Below, one piece after another: positions 27,496-43,886 of a stretch of 64,000 nt of DNA. Made by a program: the position numbers and the translations under genes. Positions within the stretch are counted from its first letter, which is position 1, and each line of letters opens with the position of its first letter. The DNA lies in assembly GCF_009914755.1 (NCBI RefSeq), contig NC_060930.1. One strand, given 5' to 3'. The notes beneath the pieces were generated by a model. The model did no database searches and was not told the DNA's origin. It was given only the letters and a program-made list of their open reading frames with translations. The stretch is from the human T2T-CHM13v2.0 reference genome, Homo sapiens.

Positions 27496-27614
27496 CTGAA
27501 TGAAGAGAGCATGGCTTGGGTCAGCACGAGAGACAGTATGTATTCTCGGATATGTACCCATAATCTCATGAATTCCAGATTCAGTCTGTTTACAAATGTG
27601 AGCAGCACACTTGC

Positions 27615-27805
27615 CTGCAGAGAGTGTCATCACTCTGTCTTTTCTTGTTTTTCAGGTCAATCCTGCTGAGGGATGGACTGAAATCCAAGTCATCCAAGTC
27701 AGCCCAATCATCTGAATCCTTTGTTGACCTGGAAATAAGACCCCACCTTCTCCTACTCTTTGGCTTTATCTCACCATTTTTGTGCTCCAGGCCAGCTGTG
27801 ATTTT
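27615..27805 (-). CDS. CILK1: CILK1 coding exon 9/13 ([22 protein letters not shown]...SDDTLCR), GC donor
   Basis: 191 nt inside ORF 27590..27979; the AG|GCAAGT donor keeps frame with the next exon. Confidence 0.93.
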
Positions 27806-28619
27806 CTGTGTAAACAAACGGGGTGGGGGAAAGCAATACTTGGCATTAACAGAACTCATCCATGAGTAATCTCCATCTGAACTTTCTCTGCTATGCAAAG
27901 GAGGCTCCTGGGGCATAACATTGCTTATCTGAAGGGGCAACTGTAGAAAACACATTCCCAATCTTTCTGTCTCACTCATCCTTCACAGATTGTATCAGCT
28001 GCCATCCATTGATGATGTTAAAGTTGTATAAAATAAGGATAAAAAAATTTTTAAGATACTTCTTACACACCAGGAAGATGGCTAAATTCATACTCAGTCT
28101 CATCCTAGATGAGTTAATATGATCTCTGTTATAAATATGGATGTAAGAAATTAAGGCTAAGATGTCAGTTAGCCTGTCCTTTTACAGAAATCAATGCAAA
28201 TAATGCTTTTTTTTGCCTTCTCAGTATATATAGTTACTATCTCTTAGCTATAAAGAATTAGCTACAACAGGACATTTCCATACACATACCACTTCTAAAT
28301 TGTGTGCTGCAATAAAGTGACTAGGCCAGAGATACCACCCTTGCATCTCACATTGTGGTGGTTGGGAGCCAGCAGTCAGCAAATACTAACTGACACAGAA
28401 AGTGCCACTTTTTCATAAAGGATAGACAGTTGGCCTCTTCAGACAGCACTGCAAAGCTAATAAAAAATAGAACCCCTTGTCAGGTTATTATTTTACTAAA
28501 TCTAACACTCATTGTTTTCTTTTGAAAAGCAGCCAAAGAGGAGCAGAAAGATCTGGGCTCAGTTAATAGCCCAGCATTAACATATTGAATAACAGCAGTA
28601 ATGTGGATAACAATCTACA

Positions 28620-29100
28620 AATATTAACACAGCGCTTTATGCTTTTCAAAATATCTTAAAAACATCATGGCCTTTGATCCTCATGAACAACCCTGTCTGG
28701 TAGGTAAGACATGCACTATAATCTTCCTTTGATAAATGAGGAAACTGAATCCATAGGGATTAATAACAATTACTGACCTTTACAGAGTTGTAACTAGGTG
28801 CCAGGTATTATTCTAAATTCTTTTCAAGTATTAACTCATTAGTCCTCAAAGCAATTGTATCAGGTAAGTACTATTATTATCCTTATTTTACAGATGAGGA
28901 AAATGAGGAGCAGAGAAGCCAGATAACTTGCATAGGTATCAAGCTACTAAACAGCAGAGCTGAGATTTGAGCCCCTGGCAGTCTGGCTGCAGAGGCCAGC
29001 TCCCAGCCACTACCCTATAGCTGCCTCCATTAGTGACAACGGTTTTAACAGGCACAGCCAGAACTTGAATTTAGATCTTTCACTCCAAAGCCAAGGGTCT
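28620..29100. mobile_element. MIR elements (two, adjacent or nested)
   Basis: MIR cores (aatgaggaaactga; ttttacagatgaggaaaatgagg). Confidence 0.6.
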
Positions 29101-29239
29101 TTACAATTCCATGCTGTTGCAAACATAAATCTACCATAACTGGACCCTGTATACTGAAAAAGAAAATATTTCACACAATAATGGGGTCAGAAGAGGAATA
29201 AACAGACACGAAGCTCACTGGTGAATCTGGGCTGCTCAC

Positions 29240-29560
29240 CGACTGTGGATGCTTGTTGTGGAGGGATGGGAAAAGCAACGGGCTTGGCTTGTCCTCCTGG
29301 AGATGGCTTGGGTGATCTGTCCTGGAGACCTCTGCTTTGTAGGGGTACGTGAGATGCAGAGGGGGCTGGCTGGCTTGATGCTGTCGTGAAGAAATTCGTG
29401 TGTGTGGCTTGGCTGGTGGCTGGGCAGGTGGGACTGGCTTAATATAAGGAGGTGGGCCTGCCTTTTCCAGGATGCCTTTCTGTGGTTTTTCTGAATCCTG
29501 AAGGTTTTGTGTGGTGCTGCCTAGTGGGTGTCCAACTTGGAAGTAAGGATATCGAAGTGC
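29240..29560 (-). CDS. CILK1: CILK1 coding exon 8/13 ([14 protein letters not shown]...LHNKHPQS)
   Basis: 321 nt inside ORF 29171..29572; end of kinase domain plus Pro-rich tail; GTGAGC donor. Confidence 0.96.
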
Positions 29561-31660
29561 CTGGAATGACAAATAAGGCTTTAGGAGAAAAGTCTAGCCA
29601 GGAAAGTTACCACTGTCTTGATTACTGGGCTATATTTCATTGTGACCAGTTTACTACTGTTTCTTAGCCCAATTAGAAAACAGTACCTTGAATTTTTAAC
29701 ACCCCTTGTGATTTTTCTTATCTAAGATACCATAAAATATATGTAATGATTGCAACACAAAGTTATTTATATATAGTAGCCAGTTACACTGCTGTTACCC
29801 TGGCTACTTCTAAAAAGCATTCTGGATCAACACAGATCCTGGTTTTGTAACTTATTTGCTATGTGTCTTAAATAGAGTATTTCATCCTTCCAAGCCTATT
29901 TCCTCATTCCACAGAAGAAGAAAAAAATAATACAAAACTGAAAGAGCCAAACATAATGATCCTGGAAGACTCTGAAGAATTGAGTACAAAATAAGCAGGC
30001 ACATATGCTTTTATCCCAAAAGTGCCAAGAGTGTAATACATGATATAGTTAACCCTTCCCTATCAAGAACAAAACCGTGTCAGTTGTTCTGGATAACTGA
30101 GTTTTCTGGATAGCCAAGAGATAACTTAAAGTTTAGGGGGTTACAATTCTTTCTGAAATATTTCCTATATTCTCTTGTCTTTCTGAATGAAAGTTATTAA
30201 GCATAACATAATCTTTCTGAGTAGGCCTGGGACAGTTATAAACATCTGTAATGATTATATGCAAGTGTAGATACAGAGGCAATTAATGGGAATAGCCTGG
30301 TAGAGGTCCCAGACTCTAGCATCTATTATAACTTGAAAGCCTTCTCTGTAGTCACAGACATTTTTGCAAGTCTTAACTGATTTGGGGGGTATTTTTAGCT
30401 TTTCACACTATTCTTAAAAGCATACATTCCTCTCTTGCTTCCTTGTTACAGAATCTTTTTCTTTCCATTTCTTACATGCATCTGTTAAAAAACTGGGTTC
30501 ATCCAAAAGCTTCTTTTCTGCCCTGCAGCCATTTGTGAATTTCACCACCAGAACTGCATTCCTGAGAGCTTTCCAGCCCTTGAGCCATCCAAAGTCTTAC
30601 GGCACCAAATTGTAGTTCTTTTTTCCTTGAGCTTTCAGAAAATTGCTTTTCTACACTCCTTAATTATTCCTCCAACTATCATCTCCCCAGCTATCACAAA
30701 TTCTACCACCACATTGGCACTTTTCTTCAAATATCCTCATCACTCTTCTTCTGAACATCTTCTCTGATTAGAATTGGTCACTTATATGATCCTCTGAGCA
30801 ATGTAATTGTCAGTGAGACAAGTTGAGAAGGGGCCAGATGTAACTACCACAAAAGGAGGCTTGCAAGATGCCTGTGAGTGATAAGAGCCCCCAGCGTTAC
30901 CATACCTCTTTTGGGTATATTTCATTATTTAAGTCTAAGTGGCCCATGGGAGGATGGATTGGGAAAGGAGCTATGAAACCAGTGGACCTGACTTCATACT
31001 TCCGGTCAGTTGGTTGAATTGTAGTTAGTTGCACTATTTGAACTAATTAATGGATGAGTGATTAGAGCAAATTGCTTAAACTTTCCAAGATTGAGTTTTC
31101 TCACTCACAGAATTGAAAACAATAATGCCTGTCTCATGGAGTCTTTATTGGATTAAAAATCATATAAAATATATTCAAGCATTTGCACACTGTAAAGTGC
31201 TATGAAATACTAAGTGCAGTTACTATCCTAGGTCTATCTCATCTGTCAATCTCTTCAGGTTATGAGTCAGTTGGACTTTTACATAATATGAAGTTGCCTT
31301 TCAACAACCAGTACCGGCTTATAAACAAACTACTATATAATTGTAACTCATAGAGAATAGATTTGAAAACATTCTCCAAAGACAGATAAATATATGTTTA
31401 TTTCCATTTCCATATAAATGGTGATATATCATGTGAATTACATGCCAATTTTCAAAGCAACTATATTGTTTACATTGTAACTACTTTATACCCAGTAAGT
31501 TTCAAACTATTTTAAGTTCTCATACCTTATATAGTACACCATTAGTGGTATTCTGTACTATTTCTCACCCATAATACTAAATACTAAATATTTCCTGTGC
31601 AATTCATAGAAATTATTCAGAGTTAGATATGAACGTTATAACAAGAAAATGGAAGAAAAC

Positions 31661-31828
31661 CTGACTAGCTGTTGGTCGTTTCTTGGGATCCCACTGAAGC
31701 ATGTCTCTCAGGAGCTGGACTGCTTCACTGCTAGCATTGGGAATCAAGGTCTTTAAGTTATTGGGTACACACTGTGGCCAACGGAAGTTCATTGCACTTG
31801 AAAGTTGATAGCCTTCAGGCCAGTCAGT
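31661..31828 (-). CDS. CILK1: CILK1 coding exon 7/13 ([20 protein letters not shown]...[11 protein letters not shown])
   Basis: 168 nt; kinase subdomain XI with Arg272 codon CGA at 31676-31678. Confidence 0.96.
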
Positions 31829-33907
31829 CTGAAAGAAGGAAAAGATAGAAAATCTTGCTCAGCCAATTGCTGTGATATAAGTTTGTATTCTGGCATGTGT
31901 GCCCCAAATGGAAAGGCAACCATGTCATTACCCACCCACATTCATTAACCACCCACATTCACTACTGTGGCACTGTATGGAATGAGACATAGATTTAGAT
32001 TAATAGAGAGACCACCAAGACCATGAAATCTGGGGGAATAGTGGAAAAGACACTGGATTTGCCAACTTAATTATCTTTACATAAGAGATTCTCTTGAGAT
32101 TTTGGGATTGAAACAAATTAATATTTCCCCAACTGTGTTCCATGAGACAGAGGTTCTGAAAACTGCCAATGAGATATTCTTTTGGGGAAAACAAAATAAA
32201 ACAAAACATTTTGTTCCTGGACAAATAAATTTGTGAAACTCTACCTACAGTATCTTCAACTTGGTGATTGAAAGTATACATGTGGAGAAAACCAGCAGTA
32301 AAGAAAGGTGTTTCACCCAGTCTCAAGCTTTCCACTTTTTCATGCATCATTTCTATGGGACACTAAATGCTGGAGGGAATGATGGAAAATGCTAAAGAAA
32401 TGGTCTTTAAGGTTCCTTCTAGTTCTAACACTCTACTATTTTATAACATACAGCCTAAGGTAATTGTTCCTCCACTCCTTTTTAAAGCCAAGTGGCAATA
32501 CATATAGCTTTTATCGTTCATTCACTTGACAGTTCTGGAATGCCTACTATATGCTTAGTGTTGTTGGAGATCCAAAAATGATCCAATATAAATCCTGCGC
32601 TTAAGAGTATTACTGTTCTTAAAAGAGAAAAGAGCATTTATTTAAAAATGGTATAATGCAGAGTAAAAACTGACAAAAGCTGCAAGAGATGTGCAGGTAC
32701 AGATATGCAGAGGAGAAAGATTCCAGCATTGGACTCAGGAAACTTTCTTGAAGAGGTGGCATTAATAATTCATTCAAATGATTAAAAAATTTTTTTGAGG
32801 ATCTAGTTTGCACCAGCAATGGTGCTGGGACCTGGGAAAATAAACATACAGCAAATCCTTGTCCTGAGTGAGCTTATGGTCTAGGAAACAACTATGTACG
32901 CAAATAATAATATTAATAACATAGGACACAGCTGAAGATGGGGAGGAGATTAGAGAAACAGTGAGGAGGGGGATTACTGACGGCCATGTGACAGATATCA
33001 CTCAGGCAGAGGGTGTTATGTGCAGAGCACAGAAGCAGGGAAATTTCAGGGCATGCAGCTGTTAGGTGTATAGGTATGAAGTGAGCGATAGGAATAGGAG
33101 TTATGAGGCTGGGCAATGGGGAGTCAACCAATACTTTTATGAGGGGAAGTCAGTACCAGAGCTGTTCTTTAGGAAGCTGAATCTGGCCACAGACTGAACA
33201 AGAAGCCAGAGTGAAAATACTTCAAGGCAGAAAGATGGGGAAGATGACATTAGACACAGGGGGGTGACTGTGGTCCAGTCTGTAATGGCAGCAGTGGACT
33301 TGAAGGAACAAGAGCCATGTGGCAATATTCAACAGGATTTACCCACCAACCGCTTAGATGAAGGGAAAGGGGAGCAAGAGAAAGACAGAAGGTAAAGCTG
33401 AAATTCAGCCTCAAGGTGGGGGCTCTGGGATTATGATCAGACCACAAATGAAAATGGAGAATGAAAGAAGGAAGCTAGTAGGGTGTTAAACAAAAGGCAA
33501 TGATGAGTTTGAGGTGATGGTGAGGGAGTCAGGAGAAAATCCCATAGAGCGTTGTAAACATGTGAGTGTAGTAATAATGGAGGGAGGCAGCGGCTAAGGA
33601 TTACATTCAGGAGACTTCTGAACAGGCGTAGGAGTTGTAGCAATGAGAACTGAGAAGTTCTGCAAGGGAGGTGAGATGATACAGAGAGGAAGGCAGAAGG
33701 AGCCATGACAGATGTCATACTTAAGAACAGGAGGAGGAAGAGAAGCCGACCGTATCTGAGAACGTGGGCAGTGGAGAATGACTGAGGTCAAGAGAAAGAG
33801 CCTAGAATGGGCAGGTGCTCAATCATGCCAGTGCTGAACAGGGCTGAGCGGAGGAAGCATGGGAAGCTGTTGGCTTTGGCCCACTGGCCTTTGTTTTGTA
33901 TCATTAC

Positions 33908-34079
33908 CTTTTTTGGTGTCCCCAGCACTTGGCAAATTTTGAATATTGTGTCAATTTCACTGGCTCCAGGGAAGAGTGGCCTGAGGGTGTAAACTTCTGC
34001 CATGATGCAGCCCACCGCCCAGACGTCAATGGGGGAGCTGTAGTTGGTAGACCTCAGGAGTACTTCTGGAGCCCTGTAC
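33908..34079 (-). CDS. CILK1: CILK1 coding exon 6/13 (YRAPEVLL...[11 protein letters not shown]...LGTPKK)
   Basis: 172 nt; APE and DVWAVG motifs. Confidence 0.97.
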
Positions 34080-34803
34080 CTGGAGGAACAAAGGTTAACT
34101 GCTAGCTATTGCTTCCACCACTCAGACATTAAATTAAATAACAATCAGTTCTCAGTGAGGGGGTGTATATGTTCCTATTTTCTCTCTAGTTCACTGTGGT
34201 GTAATGGAATTGTGAGAACTTGGCAACTGCCGTGGGCTGCTGTTGACAAGTAGTGCTTCTCTAGTTCACAATATTTTCTACTGAGCATTTCTCTACAGGA
34301 GACTTCTCTATGGCATCTTTGAGAAACACAGAGAAAGTAAGAATTAGGAAAAAAGAGAGAAAAGAGAAAGTGGAAGGGAAAAACTAAGAGAGAAAGGAAG
34401 AGGGAGGAAAAAACCTACAACTTGTGTGTAGACTACTTGGTCATGGCAAACTGCTTAAATCAAATTCCCAGTGTCTCAAAGTTTTCACAATAGCAATTAG
34501 ATGGTTCTCAGACAGGTCTTTGCAGAATATTTTACATAATTCTTTTGTTAAGCTGTCCTCAGGAAGGCCTATATATAAAATTTTATTTACATTATAGAAA
34601 AGCATAATAGGTTTTCTTTTAACATGATTTAGAACACAAGATTTTTAACCTTGTACATTACCAACATATCTATAAATATATGTTTCAGACTGCACTGTTT
34701 CTCTTAGTGAAAAGTTAACATTTGTGACTTTAATATTATCCTTAGCATAATGATATCTTTTTAAAGAAGTGCAATTAAATAATTTTGAGAAAAATGGTAT
34801 TCA

Positions 34804-34986
<183 letters not shown>

Positions 34987-35264
34987 TTATTCTTTGCAAT
35001 TGTATTGCTCTCTGCAAAATAGTTATAATTTAAAAAGTAGTCTGGCATGGCACCAAAGGCTTTATGCATTCATCCCACAGATAATGTAGAGTCCTTCGAA
35101 CTTCTCATAGGATTACTACATTCATTTCCCTTTGCAAATCATTCAAAGGTGTTCTTCATAATTTTTTTTAACTAGAGAGAAAATTTCTTTTAAAATATCA
35201 AACTGGATTATAGGCTGAGATAACTTTGCAAAAATAAACTGTCACTCAAGGGAAAAATATCACT

Positions 35265-35549
35265 GACGGCATCTCATTCTATTGCCTAGGTTGGAGTGCA
35301 GTGGCACAATCATAGTTCGCTGCAGTCTGGGCTCAAGTGATCCTCCTGTCTCAGCCTTCCAAGTAGCTGGGACTACTGGCACAAACCATGGTGCCTGGCT
35401 AGTTTTTTTGTTTTTTTTTTTTTTGTTTTTGTAAAGATAGGGTCTTGCTCTGTTGCCCAGGCTTGTCTTGAACTCTTGGCTTCAAGCTATCCTCCTGCCT
35501 CAGCCTCCCAAAGTATTGGGATTATAAGTGTGAGCCACCATGCCCGGCC
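35265..35549 (-). mobile_element. AluJ
   Basis: Diverged dimer, tail eroded. Confidence 0.85.
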
Positions 35550-36030
35550 CAGATAACTGTCTGATGGGAATTGAGAGTTTATACCACAGCAGAAACACAA
35601 TTATAATTTTTGTTTAAGAAATAATTTATGAATATGACCTACTCATATCTGAGATTGTGGTGTATGTTGCAACATATGTTTAAATGTTAAGTACTTATTA
35701 CTTTGCCTAGTGAGGAAGTACAATGGTACATTTGCAGCTCACATGAAAGGCAAAGATAACTCATTACGTAGGAAGCCTGTCTCAGCTATAGCAGAGCTCT
35801 GGAGGTACAGGCAGGAGATAGTCAACATGGCAATCTTCCAAGCTCACTCAAACGCCCAGTGAATTGCAATATATGTCTCTGAAAACCCCAAACCTCCCAC
35901 TTCCTGAGAGTATCACCAACCTAGACATCATTTAATGTGGCTCCAAATCTCAATGGGACACCAATACTGGAAATACAACTCAGCTGCTGCTGATGCTATT
36001 ATTTGTTACACATTATCATTGCTATCATTA

Positions 36031-36268
36031 CAGGCTGAGTATTCCCTACTCTGAAAATTCAAAATCTGAGATGCTCCAAAACCTGAAACTTTTTGAGCAC
36101 CAACCTGACACATAAAGAAATTGCTTACTGCAGCATTTTGGATTTCGGATTTTTGGGTTAGGGATGTTCAACTGGTAAAATATAATGTAAATATTCCAAA
36201 ATCTGAAAAAATCCAAATTCAGAAACACTGCTGGACCCAAGCATTTCAAGTAAGAGATACTCAATCTG
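36031..36268. mobile_element. Tigger4a/MER46-like MITE
   Basis: TIRs caggctgagtat/atactcaatctg, TA TSD, 238 bp. Confidence 0.78.
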
Positions 36269-36616
36269 TATCAATGTTGTGAAAGCTGGATTCTAACTAG
36301 CACATTATGGGAGAAATTAATAGCCATCACTGAAGATCTACACGATTCCTTGACAACCTGTATGTTGACAACGCTCAAGTCTACATTTCTAATGTGCCTT
36401 CTCTACCCTTCTGAAGACATAAATCTCTATTTGGACAGCAACTGGATGTCACTATCATCCCTATGTTAACTTATCCAAAACCACTTTTGTCCTCTCCCAA
36501 ATCATCTCCCCTTCCTAACCTTTGGATAAGATTTCTAGGTACCTTGCAGTTATGTTGGATCCATCCTTACCCAGTTATGAGATTGTGTCGTATTTTCTAT
36601 CAAAACATCTCATATC

Positions 36617-36950
<334 letters not shown>

Positions 36951-37224
36951 CTACTTTCTCACTGCCTATGCCTGCATTGCCACTTTCTTGCAGACCTTCC
37001 TTGCTCCAGCTTCTCTCCTATAATCCTGACCACTTAAACACTATCTTTCCCTTGTCACTCTCTCATTCACCCACAAAAACCATCCATGACTCCTTTTTAT
37101 ATTAAACAGGGCTGAACTCCTTTCACTCTACCTAAAGAGAGAAACTTATTTTCCAACACTTATCAATACATGTAAAGTGTGCTCCAATCAGGTGCAACTC
37201 CTCATTCTTTGTAAGTTCACTGTA

Positions 37225-38207
37225 CAGTCATGCACTGCATAACGAAGTTTCAATTAATGATGGACTGCATATATGATGGTGGTCTTATTATAATGAAGCT
37301 GAAAAATCCTTATCTAGTATTCACTATACTATACTTTTAATCATTATTTTAGAATTGTACTCCTTCTACTTACTAAAAAAAAAAAAAAAGTTAACTGTAA
37401 AACAGCCTGAGGCAGGTCCTTCAGGAGGTACCTAGAAGGCTTTGTTATCATGGGAGATGACAGCTCCCTGCGTATTATTGCACCTCAAAACCTTCCAGTG
37501 GGACAAGATGTGGAGGTGGAAGGCAATGATACTCATGATCCTAACCCTGTGTAGGCCTAGGCTAATGTGTGTATTTGTGTCTTAGTTTTTAGCAAAAAAG
37601 TTAAAAAAGTAATAATAATAATTTAAGAACAGTAAAAGCTTATAGAATAGGGATATAAAGAAAATATTTTTGTATAGCCATATGTGTTAAGCCAAATGTT
37701 ATTATAAAAGAGTCAAAAAGTTAAAAAAAGTATAAGTTTATGAAATAAAAAGTTTCAGCAAGCTAAGATTAATTATTGAAGAAAGAAATTTTAAAAATTT
37801 AGTGTATCCTTGGTGTACAGTGTTTATAAAGTGTCCTAGACCTTCATACTCACTCACTGATTCACCCAGAGCCATTTCCTGCAAGCTCCATTCACAGTAA
37901 GTGCCCTATACAGGTGTACCATTTTTAAAAAAATTTTTTATACTATATTTTTACTGTACCTTTTCTATGTTTAGATACACAAATACTTACCATTGTGTTA
38001 CAATTGCCTATAGTATTCAGTACAGTAACATGCTGTAGAGGCTTACAGTCTAGGAACAACAGGCTATACCATATAGTCCAGCTATGTAATAGGCTATACC
38101 ATCTAGGTGTGTCTAAGTAAGTGTACTCTATGATGTTTGCACAACAACAAAATTGTCTAACAACACATTTCTCAGAACATATCCAGTCATCAAGTGATAT
38201 GTAACTG
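37225..38207. mobile_element. Tigger3/Golem (MER7)-type non-autonomous DNA transposon
   Basis: ta|cagtcatgcactgcataacg ... gatatgtaactg|ta. Confidence 0.8.
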
Positions 38208-38515
38208 TACTTATTTCCATTAATAATGTGCCCTTTACTCCTTTTTGTCTACATCAATCCCAACTTTTGCCATCCTCCAACACCTGTTTTGAGTTTCGCT
38301 TCTTCCATTATGCCATTCTAACATGGTAGCCTTCATTCATTCATTCATTCATTCTACCAACACATTTTCACTGAGCATCTGCTCCATGCCAGGCAACAGA
38401 TTAGGTTCTAAGGATTCAGAAACAATGCAATGGACATGACTCTTGCCCTCATGGACATAATAGGCCCTCCCCTCTAACTCCAGTTGAGCTCTATCAACTT
38501 CAGGTATGTTAACCA

Positions 38516-38809
38516 TTTTTTTTTTTTTTGAGACGGAGTCTTGCTCTGTTGCCCAGGCTAGAGTGCAGTGGCACAATCTCAGCTCACTGCCAGCTCTGCC
38601 TCCTGGGTTCACGCCATTCTCCTGCCTCAGCCTCCTGAGTAGCTAGGACTACAGGCGCCTGCCACCACACCCTGCTAATTTTTTGTATTTTTAGTAGAGG
38701 CGGGGTTTCACCATATTAGCCAGGGTGGTCTCGATCCCCTGACCTCATGATCCACCCACCTCAGCCTCCCAAAGTGCTGGGATTACAGGTGTAAGCCACC
38801 GCACCTGGC
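38516..38809 (-). mobile_element. AluY/Sc-like
   Basis: ttcacgccattctc diagnostic; TSD aaccattttt. Confidence 0.9.
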
Positions 38810-40411
38810 TAACCATTTTTTATGAATTAGACAGAAGCACTTTAAGGGCAGAGGCCACATTTATATTTCTTATGAATGCCTGGCACAGTGGCAGGAGCAC
38901 TGTGGTCTCATAATATATTCTTGCTGATTGAACAAAGGACTTTCGTCTGTAGGGAACATTAAACAGCTTAATGTTAACACATCTACCTGAGCCAAGCACC
39001 AGGGTCAACTAGAGAGCAAACCAGAGCTGTGAGGAGGATGGGAGGGAGGAAACCCATGAGACAGCACTGAGAACTGAGAGAGAACAATGACCCAGTAGTG
39101 CAGGGGACAATGAGGGCTCAGAGCTGGTTGTCCTTGTGACAGAGGGAGTTGTATTAGTTGAATGAATGAATGAAGGCAGGAACTCTAGTAGGACTAAATC
39201 TATTAGTCAAGGTTGTTTTCCAAAGACTGTCACTGCCCTAGAGCAAAGGGAGGGTGATTGTGATGTGGTTATATGTGAAAATACACTAATTGCCATTATC
39301 ATGGAAAGGAACAATATTTTAGTAATAGGACAATCCTCTCTGTTCATCATTCTAAAGACAACAGTACTTAATACTGGGTCAAGTTCCAAATGGATAGTAT
39401 TATACTATGGCATAATGGCGGATCTGTAGGAGAAGTAGCTGGCATAGATGGACAAAGTGAATGTAATTACAGAGCCTAGAACCCAGTAAATACAGAAGGG
39501 GATGAAGGTATAGAAGTGATCAGATACATTCAAGAGGGCATAAGTGAGAGGAGGAAGTACTTCCTTCCCACCACGGGGTTGCTTTTATTTTCCACAATCC
39601 AAGGCATTGATGAGATCAAAAAAGTTTGACATGGGTTAAACCAGAGACAGGCACAGCAAGTTTGCTATTTTATAGCACATGCATACACGGGTTTGTATGT
39701 ATATTGTGAAATATTTATGAATATATATTCCACTGCTCATTCTTTATCCTGCCATTGTACTGGTACACACCTAATGGCCTTCCTCATACAATTCCTTGAA
39801 ATATCCTAGTGAACTTAATAGTAAAATAAACCAAAATTATACATAAGAACCAAACTTGAGGTTGTCAACTCAACAAATGCAAAGAGCATTCAGTATCAGT
39901 CAAGAATGGCCTTTAAAATGAATGAAAAGATTTCTGATATGGACACATTTAGATGCTTATGATCAGCCTAATTAAAGATTTATTCATGCCCACCACAGTG
40001 GGTGACATCTCTAAGACTTAGCATAACTGAGTCATTGTGTTTGGACCCTCTGTTATTCAGAGCACCCTCCAGCTTGCAGAAGGCCTGATTGTGTGTTTCC
40101 ATTTTGGAACTGGCTTAAGAATGTGTAAGGATACAAGCAGTGATTACAGTGATCTTTTGTCAATGCACCTGTGACCTCTGAAAATAGATGAATTGTGAGA
40201 CCATGGTTTGTCTTCCTAAAAACTCAGAGTGTTCAAAACATTCCAGTGAAAAAAAGGAATGGCAAGCATCATTTTCTTACTCCACAGATGGGAAAACTGA
40301 ATCATGGTGGCAGGGGGCGGTAGATGAATTACTCCCAATTCCACCAAGAAATGTGTCATAGCTATTATAGTGTCCAGCTCTACTCTCCCTTTCAATCCAT
40401 ATAGCTAAATC

Positions 40412-40711
<300 letters not shown>

Positions 40712-41722
40712 CATATAGCTAAATCTTGATTTGTTGTTTTGATCCTCTCAAGTCTAGATTAATGCTATTTCCCCTCATAGACTCCCTTTTTCTCATTTAG
40801 TTGGGGTAATTATTATTTCCAAACTTATGTGGCAGTTCCGTTATAATGGGTCCTTTGTTCTGCAGCCCCTACCCACTATGGCAACTCCCTCTGGCATCAT
40901 CTAGAACACCCACCACAACAAACTTGTGTCTTCTCTCTGCTCAGTTCTTCCTATCATCAATTCATACTCAGATGCAAGTATCGTGCTCACACTCCAGACC
41001 TCGTTCTTTGTTTCCACTGTAGTCATGCTCCTGTAAACACTGGCCACTCCTCCCATCAGCCAAGCTTTATCCTCTCCCTCACTGCTAACTCCTCTTTAAT
41101 CATATACTTCCACAGAGGACATGCACACTAATGAAATGAGGGGAAGGAAGATTCCGATTCCCCACATATCCCTTTAAGCAGCTTCTCTTTTTATGGGCCC
41201 TACTTCAGGCTCAAAACAAGCAAGGGAAAATGGCTGGGAAAGAAAATTAATTGCTAACAGACTATAAAAATGACTGATGAAAAACTGTATCTGTCAGTTG
41301 ACATATGCTGTATTTGTTATATTGACTTCAAGTAGAAGTCAATATAACAAATTTGTGAATATATCTGTAGACTATCTAGCCCTCTGTTAAGTACTGAATA
41401 ATGTAGCAATGGGCTGTTATTAGCCTTATACACATGAGATCTATTCCTGGTAATTAAAAGTATAAGATCCTTATGTCATATACAGGTGCTTTTCATGTCT
41501 ATTTTAACATGACATTACTATTTCCTTATGAGCGGCAATGCCACATAGCGGGTAGGTGTGCAGACCAGCCAAGTTGCCTGATTTCAAATCATAATTCTGT
41601 TACTCACTGGCTGAAAAGTACTTATCCTTCCTGTGCCTTAGTTTTCTTATCTGTAAAATGGGGAAATAATAGCATCTACCTAATAGGGTTGTTCTGCAGG
41701 ATTAAATGTGTTATATTTGTAA

Positions 41723-42133
<411 letters not shown>

Positions 42134-43301
42134 TGAAGTAGGGAGGCAGACATGGCTCCATTTTTTGCTAATAAGAATTACATCTGACATGCTCCATCGG
42201 TGAGGAGGTGGTAATAAAACTCTGATTCGTAGCAGGGTTCCAGTTCTGCTGGTGTGTGCAATGTGACCTATAACAATAAGCCTACTTCTTCCTTTGGGCT
42301 TCTGATTCACAATGGAAACCCTTTTAGTTGTGGTCATTCAGAGATCACGCAACAGCAAAGTTCTATTATGATAAGAACCTTCCTGTTCAAAACTGTTTGA
42401 CTTCCAGAAGACAGGAACAGACCTTCAATTTAATTTCACCCCTATATGCCAGCTGAATAACAGAGGGATTTTCTTTCATCCTGGCAGAAAATGTGTGTGC
42501 TTACTTTTTCATTAATAACCCTTGGGCAAGGAAAACATCAAGCCACAAAGAAGGCTTTCTCCCCTCTACCACATTTTGTTATTGATGAATCAGATATGAA
42601 TATATGGAAATAACCAGAGAATCTTCAAACACTATGAATTTATACAGGACACTTTCCTGCTGTGGAAACTTTAATTTCCCAGATATTATTAAATTCAAAC
42701 CTACAATGTTTTTATCAAGAAGGCTAGAACGACAGCAATGCATAGAAAGGCAATGGACTATCTCAAGGTCATGCACAGCAAGACAGTGAGGAAACACAGA
42801 GGCAGAGAACCATCTCTTGGTGCAAAACATTGTCCTTCAGACTGCCCAATGCATTTCTATTTCTGGCACGGATAAGTGTGACCTGGATATCTGTAAGGTC
42901 AAGTCAGAGTTGAAACAGACCATTTGCATTAATTATTTAATTCCTGCAAAGGACATATGCTTTGGCATTGCTCAATCAGTACCAAGTAGAGCTGTGTTTT
43001 CATTCCCTGTAGGAAGGAAATAGTGACACGAAGTATGGCCGTACTAACTACCTGCAGCACTGTTCTCCCCTCTCAGAGAAGTCTACCCCCCAGAGGCAGA
43101 ATGCACCTCCTCACAGTGAGAATGGGCTACCAGAGAAAAGCCTGAAATTTACATGACTAATCTTTGAAGTGCTTTAAGTACTTTTTTTCCATTGCTGAAG
43201 GAAAGGAATATAGAGGTACACGTGCACTTAACCAAAGTCAATACCATACAAAAACCATTAGACAATTTCTAAAAATCATTTAGCAGTGAAAATGGGATAG
43301 G

Positions 43302-43886
<585 letters not shown>

